Virus record (IMG/VR): IMGVR_UViG_2773857812_000003
Coordinates: 17,913-81,912 of that record
Reading direction: 5' to 3' (one strand)
Source of the DNA: a virus
Lineage: Duplodnaviria; Caudoviricetes
DNA length: 64,000 nucleotides
Shown: positions 17,401 through 25,970 of the stretch, piece by piece
Layout: the number at the start of each line of letters is the position of its first letter
Numbering within the stretch: the first letter of the stretch is position 1
Position numbers and translations under genes: made by a program
Notes under the pieces: generated by a model
The model's database searches: none
Told to the model about the DNA's origin: nothing
What the model saw: the letters and a program-made list of their open reading frames with translations, nothing else

Positions 17401-19357
17401 GGCCGATGCACCCTATCACTCTTTCACCGGCATCCTGCTGACCGACACCTTCCAGATGTATGAGCAGAAGCGCGACATGATCGCCAATCTCCTGCCCGAC
17501 AACTCGGAGCGTCGTGCCAAGCAGAAGGCGCTGGATATCCGGGTGATCATGGGCAACCCGCCCTATTCCGTCGGGCAAAAAAGCGACGACGATGAAGCAT
17601 CCAATGTGACGTATCCTCGACTTAACGAACGCCTTAGGGAAACATACGTTGGACATTCAAGTGGAAACCCACGCAGCCTGTATGATTCATATATCAAGGC
17701 TATTCGATGGGCGTCTGACCGCATCGGTGACAGCGGTGTCGTTGCCTACGTTTCGAACGCGGCTTGGATCGAAACCCATGCAGCCGATGGGATGCGCAAA
17801 TGCCTCGCCGAAGAGTTCAGCGATCTCTACATTTTCCATCTGCGAGGGAACGCAAGGACCGCAGGGGAGCAGCGGCGCAAAGAACGCGGCAACGTGTTCG
17901 GCGAAGGGACACGCACGCCAATCGCGATTGCCGTTCTGGTCAAAAATCCCGACGCCGCCGAACACGGGTGCCTCCATTTCTACGACATTGGCGATTATCT
18001 CGACCAGAAACAGAAGCTGAACGTCATTCGCGACTTCGGCTCGATCGACGGTATCACCAAGGCGAAGGGATGGCGGCGCATCACGCCAGACGAAAACAAC
18101 GATTGGCTGGACCAGGTTGATCGCAGCTTTGATCGGTTCTTTGAGATTGGAAACAAAAAAAACAAAACTACTGAGAGAATTTTCGACTCCTATTCGGCGG
18201 GCGTAAAAACCAATCGCGATGCATGGGCCTACAACTCGTCGCGATCGCGTGTCCGGCAGTCGATGACTAAGACCATTGCTTACTATAACGATGGAATTGA
18301 GCGAGGGATTGGAGATTCGGCGCAGCTTGATGACCCAACCTCAATGAGCTGGTCATGGGTTCTTCGACAAAAATTCGAAAAGAGTGTGCGCGCGGAATTT
18401 AACGAAGAAAAGCTAGTTCGATCGCTTTACCGTCCATTCAACATTCAATGGTTGTTCTACGATGGGTTGCTGAATGAGAACCGATATTTGATTCCTCGAC
18501 TGTTTCCGTCAGGCCAAGAACACAATCCCACCATTTCTATGACTGGCATCGGCGCCGCGAGCTTTTCCGTGATCATGACCGACATGGTGCCATGTCTGGA
18601 CTTGTCCGCTAAAAGCCAGTGCTTCCCGCTCTACCTCTATGGAGAAACCCAACCCGATGATGGCCTCTTCGCCACTGCGGGCGATCAGGCCACTGGCCCC
18701 ACCCGCAGCGATGCCATCACCGATAAAAGCCTCGCGCATTTCCAAGCCGCCTATCCGGGTGAGGCAATCAGCAAGGAAAACCTGTTCTATTACATCTACG
18801 GCCTTCTGCACTCGCCCGACTACCGCGAGCGGTTCAAGAACAATCTCGCCAAGCAACTGCCTCGCATCCCGGCGGTGAAGAGCTTTGCCGACTTCGCCGC
18901 CTTCCGCGACGCCGGCCGCGCCCTCGGCCAACTGCATGTGAATTTTGAAAGCGTCGAGCCCTACATGGTGACCTTCAAGGAAGGCGACCACCGCCTGATC
19001 CCCGAGGCCCAGGCCGACCCGGTGAAATTCTACCGCGTGAAAAAGATGAAGCTCGGCGGCAAGGGCAAGACCAAGGACCGCACCACCGTCATCTACAACG
19101 ACCGCATCACCATGCAGAACATCCCCCTGGAGGCCTGGGATTACGTCGTGAACGGCAAACCCGCCCTCGACTGGGTGATGGAGCGCCAGGTGGTTAAAAC
19201 CGACCCCGCCAGCGGCATCACCAACGACGCCAACGACTACGCCAACGAGACCGTCGGCAACCCTCGCTACCCCCTGGAACTGTTCCAGCGGGTGATTACT
19301 GTGAGCCTCGAGACGATGAAGATCGTGAACGGTCTGCCGGAACTGGAAATTGGGTGA
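14498..19357 (+). CDS. Type ISP restriction-modification enzyme (LlaGI/LlaBIII-like: Mrr nuclease, SF2 helicase, N6A MTase, TRD)
   Basis: GIDLVA...IQCK nuclease; MACGTGKT, DEAH, QSVGRVMR helicase; DPFTGTG and NPPY MTase; 1619 aa. Confidence 0.93.
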   Translation: MQLRDLLDSYRQAARSEREKGDYFERVVRVYLENDDAQKQYYSAVVPFAQWAKEQGWSKADTGIDLVATLADGSGYAAIQCKFYAPNHTIQKPDIDSFISAASNDLFTRLIIADTTQKEFGKNASGTLDKLSKDWNRISISELEASRIDWSQFLRTGTVSLAPKKQLRPHQRDALKAVTEGLAEADRGKLIMACGTGKTFTGLRIAEALAGPGKRVLFMVPSLALMSQTVREWSNDRQQEFTAFSACSDVRIGRNADADSLDLNVHDLAFPATTDPQRLAQQVAAAPPNRMTVVFSTYHSIDVLTRAQKNHGLPEFDLVICDEAHRTTGVTLKDEDDSTFVRIHSNDHVAAKKRLYMTATPRIFGDAARRKADDHDAELASMDDEDKFGKDLFHRGFGWAVENNLLTDYKVVVLAVDEGLISTTIQNRLKDGPELTLDDATKIIGCYKALTKADLAEDLAFDPRPMRRALAFCQTIAKSKIIEDEFTKVVDEYTGSELIDDARHLTTEVRHIDGTFNATARDEMLNWLKADAGEDTCRILTNARVLSEGVDVPALDAIMFMHPRKSQIDVVQSVGRVMRRAEGKKMGYVILPVAIPPDTTPEEALKDNERYQVVWQILNALRAHDERLDARINQAKLGEDISDKVELVRISSESELRELTAVVDDFATSKTRAEKTGANIGQEGRDPTITDLGPEQGAFVFDEFTRAIMAKIVEKCGTRDYWDSWAKDIAKIAQTHITRITTITAKPGPEQTAFRAFLDELHDDLNPEITEADAIEMLAQHLITKPVFDALFKDSKFTEANPVSRAMETVLCQLHEHNLAKEAESLDKFYASVARRAEGIKTAHGRQSLITELYDRFFRNAFPRLTQRLGIVYTPVEVVDFIIHSVNDVLKAQFGQTLGSKGVHILDPFTGTGTFITRLLQSGLIAPDELEHKYKHEIHANEIVLLAYYIAAVNIETVYHELAQGGLQADAPYHSFTGILLTDTFQMYEQKRDMIANLLPDNSERRAKQKALDIRVIMGNPPYSVGQKSDDDEASNVTYPRLNERLRETYVGHSSGNPRSLYDSYIKAIRWASDRIGDSGVVAYVSNAAWIETHAADGMRKCLAEEFSDLYIFHLRGNARTAGEQRRKERGNVFGEGTRTPIAIAVLVKNPDAAEHGCLHFYDIGDYLDQKQKLNVIRDFGSIDGITKAKGWRRITPDENNDWLDQVDRSFDRFFEIGNKKNKTTERIFDSYSAGVKTNRDAWAYNSSRSRVRQSMTKTIAYYNDGIERGIGDSAQLDDPTSMSWSWVLRQKFEKSVRAEFNEEKLVRSLYRPFNIQWLFYDGLLNENRYLIPRLFPSGQEHNPTISMTGIGAASFSVIMTDMVPCLDLSAKSQCFPLYLYGETQPDDGLFATAGDQATGPTRSDAITDKSLAHFQAAYPGEAISKENLFYYIYGLLHSPDYRERFKNNLAKQLPRIPAVKSFADFAAFRDAGRALGQLHVNFESVEPYMVTFKEGDHRLIPEAQADPVKFYRVKKMKLGGKGKTKDRTTVIYNDRITMQNIPLEAWDYVVNGKPALDWVMERQVVKTDPASGITNDANDYANETVGNPRYPLELFQRVITVSLETMKIVNGLPELEIG

Positions 19358-19529
19358 TGCAGAAGTCACATGCGGCCCTAACCAGCCCCTTGATGATGGC
19401 TATGGCAGCTGCGCGCTTCCCCGAATCGGGCCCTGGCAGAGCAAAGGAAGATTGCCCCCCGTCGGCTTGTGAGCCAAGCTGATACCGGCATGGTTCATTC
19501 GTTCGTAATCTAAGCGCCATTATCGAAGA

Positions 19530-20567
19530 GTGAATAGACCTGTGGAACTCGATGACCTCGCGAAGCAATGCCAAAGCTGTGCACAGAGACACCCGGTTAT
19601 TGTGTTGGGGAGCGGCGCATCGATTCCTCATGGCATTCGCGGCATGGGGGACTTGGCAATTTGGCTCCGCGACAATGTTCAGGCCGACCAAGGACCGGAA
19701 ATTGATGCCTGGACGCTGGTAAGAACCGCCATGGCGTCGGGCGATCACTTAGAGGCCGCACTAGAAAATAAGGCATTGCCCGAATCACTGGTCGTAAAGA
19801 TCGTCCGTAGCACTTGGGATTTCATCGCTCAGGATGACTACACTCTCCTCAAGTCAGCGATAAAGACAGAAGCGGCCTTTCCTCTCCGCTCACTGTTCGC
19901 GGGATTGTTTCGAAGTACAAACCGCAACATCCATGTTGTAACCACGAACTATGACCGCGTCGCAGAGTATGCCGCTGACACAGGTGGTTACATACACAGG
20001 ACAGGGTTTCTTCCGGGTTATCTGCGCCGCAGCGATGGGGCGGAGAACCTGATCTTTAAGCAGGGAGCGAACCTGGCTCGTACGGTGACGGTCTGGAAAG
20101 TTCACGGTTCTCTCGACTGGTTCTCAGACCCACATGGAGGCGTGATGTCTCTGCCAATGACGAGCGAGCTTCCGGATGGTTTGGTTCCCCTGATCGTCAC
20201 GCCCGGCGTCAGCAAGTATCAGAGGACGCACGACGAGCCCTTTCGGAGCGCGATTCAGGGCGCCGATCGTGTGCTGAGTGCTGCTAGCGCATTTATCTGC
20301 ATAGGTTACGGTTTCCGCGACAGCCATATTCATCCGAAGTTAATGAATCGGTGCCGTGTGCATAATGCTTCGATCCTAGTGGCCGCGCGCACCCTGACGG
20401 ACGAAGCGAAAGCCTTTCTCAGGAATGGCGCCGGGCGTCACTACCTCGCGCTCGAAGACCACGATGATGGAACAATGGTATATAACCGCGACAACCCGGA
20501 CGGCGTAGTTGTTACCGGCGGCAAGTATTGGGCGTTGCCTACGTTAAACGAATTGATCGGGTTTTAG
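19530..20567 (+). CDS. SIR2-like NADase of a Sir2-HerA defence system
   Basis: LGSGASI, TTNYD, KVHGSLDW, IGYGFRDSH; directly upstream of HerA. Confidence 0.9.
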   Translation: MNRPVELDDLAKQCQSCAQRHPVIVLGSGASIPHGIRGMGDLAIWLRDNVQADQGPEIDAWTLVRTAMASGDHLEAALENKALPESLVVKIVRSTWDFIAQDDYTLLKSAIKTEAAFPLRSLFAGLFRSTNRNIHVVTTNYDRVAEYAADTGGYIHRTGFLPGYLRRSDGAENLIFKQGANLARTVTVWKVHGSLDWFSDPHGGVMSLPMTSELPDGLVPLIVTPGVSKYQRTHDEPFRSAIQGADRVLSAASAFICIGYGFRDSHIHPKLMNRCRVHNASILVAARTLTDEAKAFLRNGAGRHYLALEDHDDGTMVYNRDNPDGVVVTGGKYWALPTLNELIGF

Positions 20568-20576
20568 GAGGAAAAG

Positions 20577-22322
20577 ATGGGCATTCTCGATTTTGATGAT
20601 GATGAAAGCCTTGGTAAGATTATCGCCGTGGATACGGCGACAGTGACTGTGCGCGTTGATGAACTTGAACGTCTCAAGCGGATTCAGGTCAATCGACTGA
20701 CGGCGATCAGGAGCTCGAAGGCTGGGCAGCACCTGATCGGGATTGTCTCACGCATTACACGCAAGGCAGGCGACGAGTCGACCATAGATGGTGCTGAAGA
20801 AGACCCGGAAGCCACTCTTCCCGAGAACAACCTTGTGCGAGTTGCTCTGATTGGGACACTCGTCGACAAGGAAGGGCTGAAAGAGAACGTGTTCAAGCGT
20901 ACCCTTGAGACTGTGCCCGAAATCGATGCGGACTGCTTTGCCCTAGAAGGTCAGCGGCTGACGGACTTCATGCAGGTCATTTCGCAGGTTTCTGGCGACG
21001 GCCCTCAGCTTGATCTTGGCCGCTATGCGCTGCATGAGGATGCACGGGCGTTCTTGAACGGAAACCGCCTTTTCCAGCGTCATGCCATTGTAGTCGGAAG
21101 CACCGGAAGCGGCAAATCATATACAACTGCGCGGCTTCTGGACCAGATTGCCGAACTTCCGCAAGCCAACGTTATTTTGTTCGATATCCATGGTGAGTAC
21201 CAGACCTTGGATAGTGATGAATTTCGACACCTGCGGATCGCTGGGCCGGGAGACATTGGACAGGATCGTGGGCTGGCTGATGGTGTTCTACATCTTCCGT
21301 TCTGGCTTCTCGGCTATGAGGCATTGGTTTCCTTGTTCGTTGATCGGTCCGATCAGAACGCCCCGAACCAAGCAATGCTAATGACGCGTTGCATCACCGA
21401 TGCAAAGCGCATGATGCTCAACCCGGAGCAGCACGCCGATATTCTAGCTAATTTTACCATCGATAGTCCGGTGCCATTCAGTATTGATGCAGTTTATCAG
21501 GAGCTATCAAACCTGAATGAACAAATGGTACCAGGTGCGAGCAATAAAGAGAAACAGGGGCCTTACTTCGACAAGCTGAGCCGTTTGATAGCACGATTTG
21601 AAGCCAAGAGAAATGATCGCCGTCTCGGGTTCATATTCCAACCGCCAGAAGCATGCATGGATATGGCGTGGCTGTCGCAAGTCACGCACTTACTGATTGG
21701 CGGGCGCGGATCACAAGAAGATGGCAAGGGTGGGGTCAAGATCATCAATTTCTCGGAAGTGCCGTCCGACATACTTCCGCTCATGGTCAGCCTGATCGCT
21801 CGGCTGATTTTCACCGTGAGCCAGTGGACGCCACCGGACAGCCGTCATCCTATCGCATTGTTCTGCGATGAGGCGCATTTGTATATCCCCGAGCGGGCAT
21901 CGTCAGAGTCAGCCGATGAGATTTCGGTCGGGATTTTCGAGCGGATTGCCAAAGAGGGGCGGAAGTATGGGGTCGGGCTGGTGGTCATCAGTCAGAGACC
22001 GTCCGAGGTCAACCGCACCGTCCTCAGCCAATGCAACAATGTGATCGCTATGCGGCTGACGAACGGGGATGATCAATCCGTCATCAAACGGCTGTTGCCT
22101 GACAGCCTCGGCGGTTTTGGTGATCTCCTTCCGGTCCTCGACATTGGTGAAGCGCTGGTGGTTGGTGATGCTAGCTTGCTACCGACACGAGTGGTCGTGT
22201 CTGCGCCACGCTTCAAACCAAATAGCGCGACAGTCGATTTCTGGGATCGTTGGCGTGACGCGGAGCCGGTTGCGGGAACAGAAGACGCCGTCCTCTCTTG
22301 GCGGAGACAGAGTAATCACTAA
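20577..22322 (+). CDS. herA: HerA ATPase of a Sir2-HerA defence system
   Basis: HAS-barrel-like N-terminus; GSTGSGKS, DIHGEY, DEAH, KEGRKYG, SQRP. Confidence 0.92.
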   Translation: MGILDFDDDESLGKIIAVDTATVTVRVDELERLKRIQVNRLTAIRSSKAGQHLIGIVSRITRKAGDESTIDGAEEDPEATLPENNLVRVALIGTLVDKEGLKENVFKRTLETVPEIDADCFALEGQRLTDFMQVISQVSGDGPQLDLGRYALHEDARAFLNGNRLFQRHAIVVGSTGSGKSYTTARLLDQIAELPQANVILFDIHGEYQTLDSDEFRHLRIAGPGDIGQDRGLADGVLHLPFWLLGYEALVSLFVDRSDQNAPNQAMLMTRCITDAKRMMLNPEQHADILANFTIDSPVPFSIDAVYQELSNLNEQMVPGASNKEKQGPYFDKLSRLIARFEAKRNDRRLGFIFQPPEACMDMAWLSQVTHLLIGGRGSQEDGKGGVKIINFSEVPSDILPLMVSLIARLIFTVSQWTPPDSRHPIALFCDEAHLYIPERASSESADEISVGIFERIAKEGRKYGVGLVVISQRPSEVNRTVLSQCNNVIAMRLTNGDDQSVIKRLLPDSLGGFGDLLPVLDIGEALVVGDASLLPTRVVVSAPRFKPNSATVDFWDRWRDAEPVAGTEDAVLSWRRQSNH

Positions 22323-22519
22323 TTATGAGAGTGGAGGCGATAGCGCATAGTTGATATCGTATTCTCCGCGCGGGTGGAGCTGCGTACTCCCAGGAGCGCG
22401 AAGTGAATGTTCGGAATGTGATCGAGCGGTTGGTTCGTTTGCATTAGCAGCGGGCGACCGCTTTCCGCCCATTTCGAGCCTTCAGCTTGGGTAGCAACGG
22501 CGCTCAAGCCACTACTTTG

Positions 22520-22540
22520 ACTCAACGCCAACTCAACAGA
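22520..22540. repeat. Putative integrase arm-type sites, left of att
   Basis: ACTCAAC repeated with 11-bp period; resembles 22791-22812. Confidence 0.5.
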
Positions 22541-22634
22541 TGGACGCCCTTTGAGCGCCTTTCCCGCGCGGCGAAGCACGATGAGAGTCGCCGAATGCTG
22601 GAAGCAAAGCGCGCGATAACAAACGGTTGTGGCG

Positions 22635-22647
22635 CAAGTCGTTGATT
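22635..22647 (-). promoter_or_regulatory. IHF-binding consensus next to att
   Basis: Reverse complement AATCAACGACTTG matches WATCAANNNNTTR. Confidence 0.6.
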
Positions 22648-22679
22648 CGTAATGAATCGAGCAATATCAATAGCATAGC

Positions 22680-22724
22680 CTCATAACCTGAAGGTCACAG
22701 GTTCAAATCCTGTCCCCGCAACCA
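22680..22724 (+). tRNA. 3' half of initiator tRNA-Met (anticodon loop to CCA); att junction, not an intact tRNA
   Basis: CTCATAACCTGAAGGTCACAGGTTCAAATCCTGTCCCCGCAACCA has CAT anticodon, T-arm and CCA; the adjacent upstream bases are not tRNA. Confidence 0.9.
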
Positions 22725-22749
22725 AAAAATACCACAAAATCAAATAGAT

Positions 22750-22782
22750 AGGCCGACGGTATTTTTATACCATCGGCCTTTT
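22750..22782 (+). terminator. Intrinsic terminator downstream of the tRNA fragment
   Basis: AGGCCGACGGTAT...ATACCATCGGCCT hairpin followed by TTT. Confidence 0.7.
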
Positions 22783-22790
22783 CGCGTTCT

Positions 22791-22812
22791 ACATCAACAC
22801 CACATCAACACC
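22791..22812. repeat. Putative integrase arm-type sites, right of att
   Basis: Perfect tandem ACATCAACACC x2. Confidence 0.6.
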
Positions 22813-22873
22813 CGAACAGAAAACCGGCAACGGCCCGCATCCGCCGACATTCACTGGCAGCGGACGACGGATG

Positions 22874-22888
22874 CGTCCGAATCTGACG
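22874..22888. promoter_or_regulatory. Palindrome upstream of the AAA-WYL operon, candidate WYL operator
   Basis: CGTCCGAATCTGACG, 6 of 7 pairs symmetric, 40 nt before the ATG. Confidence 0.45.
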
Positions 22889-22928
22889 GGGGCGCGGATT
22901 ATCTTCTCCTCATCAATGGAGAGAAAAG

Positions 22929-24938
22929 ATGACCTGCGAAAAACACCTTGCGCTCGGCCTTGTCGCCTCCCTGGCAGAGCGCTTTGGCCCCGGAAGCAAG
23001 ATCGCCAAGGAACTGCCGGGCTGGATCGAATATCTGACCGACACCGAATGTCCCGAACGGCCGCGAACCCGGCCCGGCGCTGCCTGGTGGGGGCGGGTGC
23101 GCAGTCTGCTGGATGATCTCTGCCAGGAAGCTGACCGCAGCGAAGGCAATCTGGTGCGGGCAAATGCGACGCGGATCGGCGAGCACTTCGGTTTGACGGA
23201 GGTCGAGGCGCGGATCCTCGAGTTCTTCGCCAACTATCGCATCTTCGATATGTTCGAGCATGTAGTCGATCAGGCGCTGGAAACGAGGGAGGTGACCCTG
23301 CTTTTCCTCGTCGCGCAATTCTCGGGCGCTGAGCAAGGGGAAGTCAGAACGGCACTGCGCCCCGATGCACGGCTGAAAGCTTCGGGCCTGTTGCAGAACG
23401 AGGGTCGCAACTGGTCCAGCCAGAGGGTTCCCTATGCTGTTTCACCTCGATTGGCGGATGCCATGCGGGCGGATGTCGACGACATCGAGGAATTGGTTGC
23501 GTTGCTGTTTCCTGCTGCGCCCACGCCCGACGCCGAATGGCGGGACTTCGAGGGCCTGGGCGAAAGCGCTGATCTCATGCGCAAGCTGCTGACCAATGCG
23601 ATCGTGAACGGCACGCCGGGCGTGAACATCCTGCTTTATGGCGCGCCGGGCACGGGCAAGACCGAATTCTGCAAGGTACTGGCCCGCGAAGTGGGGGCCA
23701 GTCTGCGCGCCATCGGCGAGGCGGATGACAGCGGAGAAGAGCCGTCGCGGGGCGAGCGGCTGGCCGAACTCGGCATTGCCGGACGGATGCTGTCGGCGCG
23801 GCGAGATACCGTGCTGCTGCTGGACGAAATGGAGGACCTGTTCGGTGGCGCGATGCCGTCGTTCTTCCGTCAGGAGCGGATGTCCAAGGTCTTCGCGAAC
23901 CGGCTGCTCGAAACCAATCCCGTGCCGACGCTCTGGACCACCAATTCCATTGAGGCCTGCGATCCGGCCTTCCTGCGCCGTATGACCTTTTCGGTCGAAA
24001 TGCGCACGCCGTCCGAGCGGGTACGCAAGCGCATCTGGCAAAGGCTCGCCGACCGGCATCAGCCGCTGGCCGAGACGGGCGCGCTGATGGCGCTGGCCGG
24101 GATCCATGACCATCCCCCGGCGCTGGTGTCCGATGCGATGCGCGTGGCGCGCGACTGCGGCGGTGGGGTTGAGACCTTCGCGCAGGTGCTGGGGGCCTCG
24201 GCCAAGCTGACCAATGGCGGGATCGCGCCGCCGCCGCGTCATCACTCCGAAGCGGCGTGGGAGGCGACTCTGGCCAATGCCGACACCGATCTTGCCCTGC
24301 TGGAGGCGCGGCTTGCAGGCTTCGATACCGCACCGCGGATATCCTTCTGCCTCGATGGTCCGGCCGGGACGGGCAAGAGCGCATGGGCGCGGCATCTGGC
24401 CAAGCAGCTGGGCCTGCCGGTGATCGAGAAACGCGCCTCGGACCTTCTGTCGATGTGGGTCGGCGGCAGCGAGAAGGCCATCGCGCGGGCCTTTGCCGAT
24501 GCGCGGGCGGAGGGCGCGCTGCTGATCTTCGACGAGGCCGACAGCCTGCTGGCCGACCGTCGCAACGCTTCCCGCCAATGGGAGGTCAGCCAGGTGAATG
24601 AGATGCTGACCTGGATGGAAAGCCATCCACTGCCCTTCGTCTGCACCACCAACCTCGCCGAGAACCTCGACCCCGCGACCCAGCGGCGCTTCACCTTCCG
24701 CATCCGCTTCGACTGGCTGCGCGAGGATCAGCTGCCACTGGCATGGCGCGCGCATTTCGGCGCACCGGTGCATGCCGATGTCCGGGCGCTCGACCGGCTG
24801 GCGGCGGGGGACTTTGCCAATGTCGCCCGCAGGATGCGCGCGCTTGGGCAGGATGATCCCGCCACCATCCTCGCGGAATTGCGCCGCGAGTCCGAGGCCA
24901 AGGAAGGCAAGACAAGGGCTATCGGCTTCGGCCGTTGA
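22929..24938 (+). CDS. Tandem double-AAA+ ATPase
   Basis: GAPGTGKT/LLLDEME and GPAGTGKS/LIFDEAD; C-terminal IGF; GGAG RBS. Confidence 0.92.
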   Translation: MTCEKHLALGLVASLAERFGPGSKIAKELPGWIEYLTDTECPERPRTRPGAAWWGRVRSLLDDLCQEADRSEGNLVRANATRIGEHFGLTEVEARILEFFANYRIFDMFEHVVDQALETREVTLLFLVAQFSGAEQGEVRTALRPDARLKASGLLQNEGRNWSSQRVPYAVSPRLADAMRADVDDIEELVALLFPAAPTPDAEWRDFEGLGESADLMRKLLTNAIVNGTPGVNILLYGAPGTGKTEFCKVLAREVGASLRAIGEADDSGEEPSRGERLAELGIAGRMLSARRDTVLLLDEMEDLFGGAMPSFFRQERMSKVFANRLLETNPVPTLWTTNSIEACDPAFLRRMTFSVEMRTPSERVRKRIWQRLADRHQPLAETGALMALAGIHDHPPALVSDAMRVARDCGGGVETFAQVLGASAKLTNGGIAPPPRHHSEAAWEATLANADTDLALLEARLAGFDTAPRISFCLDGPAGTGKSAWARHLAKQLGLPVIEKRASDLLSMWVGGSEKAIARAFADARAEGALLIFDEADSLLADRRNASRQWEVSQVNEMLTWMESHPLPFVCTTNLAENLDPATQRRFTFRIRFDWLREDQLPLAWRAHFGAPVHADVRALDRLAAGDFANVARRMRALGQDDPATILAELRRESEAKEGKTRAIGFGR

Positions 24939-24987
24939 CCTTGCGCGCATCCGCAAGGAATGTGAGGCGCGGAGAACATGGAAAACA

Positions 24988-25938
24988 ATGCGCTATTCAC
25001 GTCAGGAAGATCTGCTGAAGCTGGCCCTGATGATGCAGGGATCGGCGGAAGGGATTTCCATCGCCGACATCGAGCGCGCCTTCGACGTTTCCCGGCGCAC
25101 GGCCGAGCGGATGCGCGATGCCGTGCTGCGCGCCTATCCGCAACTGGAGGAGCGCCCCGGTCCGCAGGGTCAGAAATATTGGCGCTTCCCGCCCGGCACA
25201 TTGGGCAAGATGGAGGAGCCGACGCTCGACGAACTCGGCGCCGGTCACCGTGCCGTGGCAATTGCCCGGCGCGAGGGCGATCTTGCCACGGCCGAAACCC
25301 TGGAACTCCTGCTGGCCAAGGTACAGGCAATGTTTCGTGCTGACCGCCGCCGTCGCGTGGCCGCCGATCTGGAGGCGCAGCTTCTGGCCGATGGCGTGGC
25401 CTTCCGCCCCGGCCCGCGCGAACGCATCGCGCCGGAAATCCTGTCCAGCCTGCGCGAGGCAATTCTTGCCGGGGCGATGATCTCGGCCGACCACCGCGCC
25501 CGTGCTTCGGGCAAGCTGTCGCGCGACACCCGGCTTGGCCCGATCGCCATGCTGTTCGGTGAGGGTCGGCAATACCTGCTGGCTTGGAGCGAATACCAAG
25601 ACGACCTGCGCCTGTTTGCCTTGGCCGGGTTTGAGCGCATCGCGTTGGAGGATGACATCTATGAGCGCCCCGAGGGCTTCGACCTGCAGGACTGGCTGGC
25701 CGAAAGCTTCGGCATCTGGCGCGAAGAGCCGCAGGACGTGGAATGGCGCTTTCTGCCCGAAGTCGCGGACGAGGCGGCGACCTATGTCTTTCATCCGAAG
25801 CAGGAAACGGAGCGGCTGCCCAACGGCTCGCTGGTGGTGCGGTTCCGGGCTGGCGGGCGGCAGGAAATGGAATGGTATGTGGCCAGATGGGGGGAGAATG
25901 TGGAAGTCGTATCAAAAGGAAACCTGAATGATATGTGA
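24988..25938 (+). CDS. WYL-domain transcriptional regulator (wHTH-WYL-WCX)
   Basis: ISIADIERAFDVSRRTAERMRD HTH; QYLLAWS...LRLF WYL-like; FHPKQE WCX-like. Confidence 0.9.
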   Translation: MRYSRQEDLLKLALMMQGSAEGISIADIERAFDVSRRTAERMRDAVLRAYPQLEERPGPQGQKYWRFPPGTLGKMEEPTLDELGAGHRAVAIARREGDLATAETLELLLAKVQAMFRADRRRRVAADLEAQLLADGVAFRPGPRERIAPEILSSLREAILAGAMISADHRARASGKLSRDTRLGPIAMLFGEGRQYLLAWSEYQDDLRLFALAGFERIALEDDIYERPEGFDLQDWLAESFGIWREEPQDVEWRFLPEVADEAATYVFHPKQETERLPNGSLVVRFRAGGRQEMEWYVARWGENVEVVSKGNLNDM

Positions 25939-25970
25939 CCGGAAATCTCAAGGCATGACGGGGGTGGGTA

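Larger units (their letters stand above)
1..22724. mobile_element. Prophage 1 (lambda-like head), right-hand part, ending at the tRNA-Met att fragment
   Basis: Portal, gpW, terminase, MTases, Rep, Xis and tyrosine integrase on the minus strand, then defence cargo and a tRNA 3' fragment. Left end lies outside the window. Confidence 0.85.

Noticed and set aside
22369-22394. CGCGGGTGGAGCTGCGTACTCCCAGG resembles the 5' half of tRNA-fMet, suggesting a split tRNA
   Set aside because: Needs several gaps and lies about 285 nt from the 3' half; equally explained as chance or a hairpin after herA.
22648-22724. Intact tRNA-Met gene
   Set aside because: No acceptor 5' strand or D-arm; similarity starts at the anticodon loop.
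22929-24938. IetAS-type ATPase-protease system or FtsH
   Set aside because: No S8 peptidase neighbour, TM segments or HEXXH protease domain.
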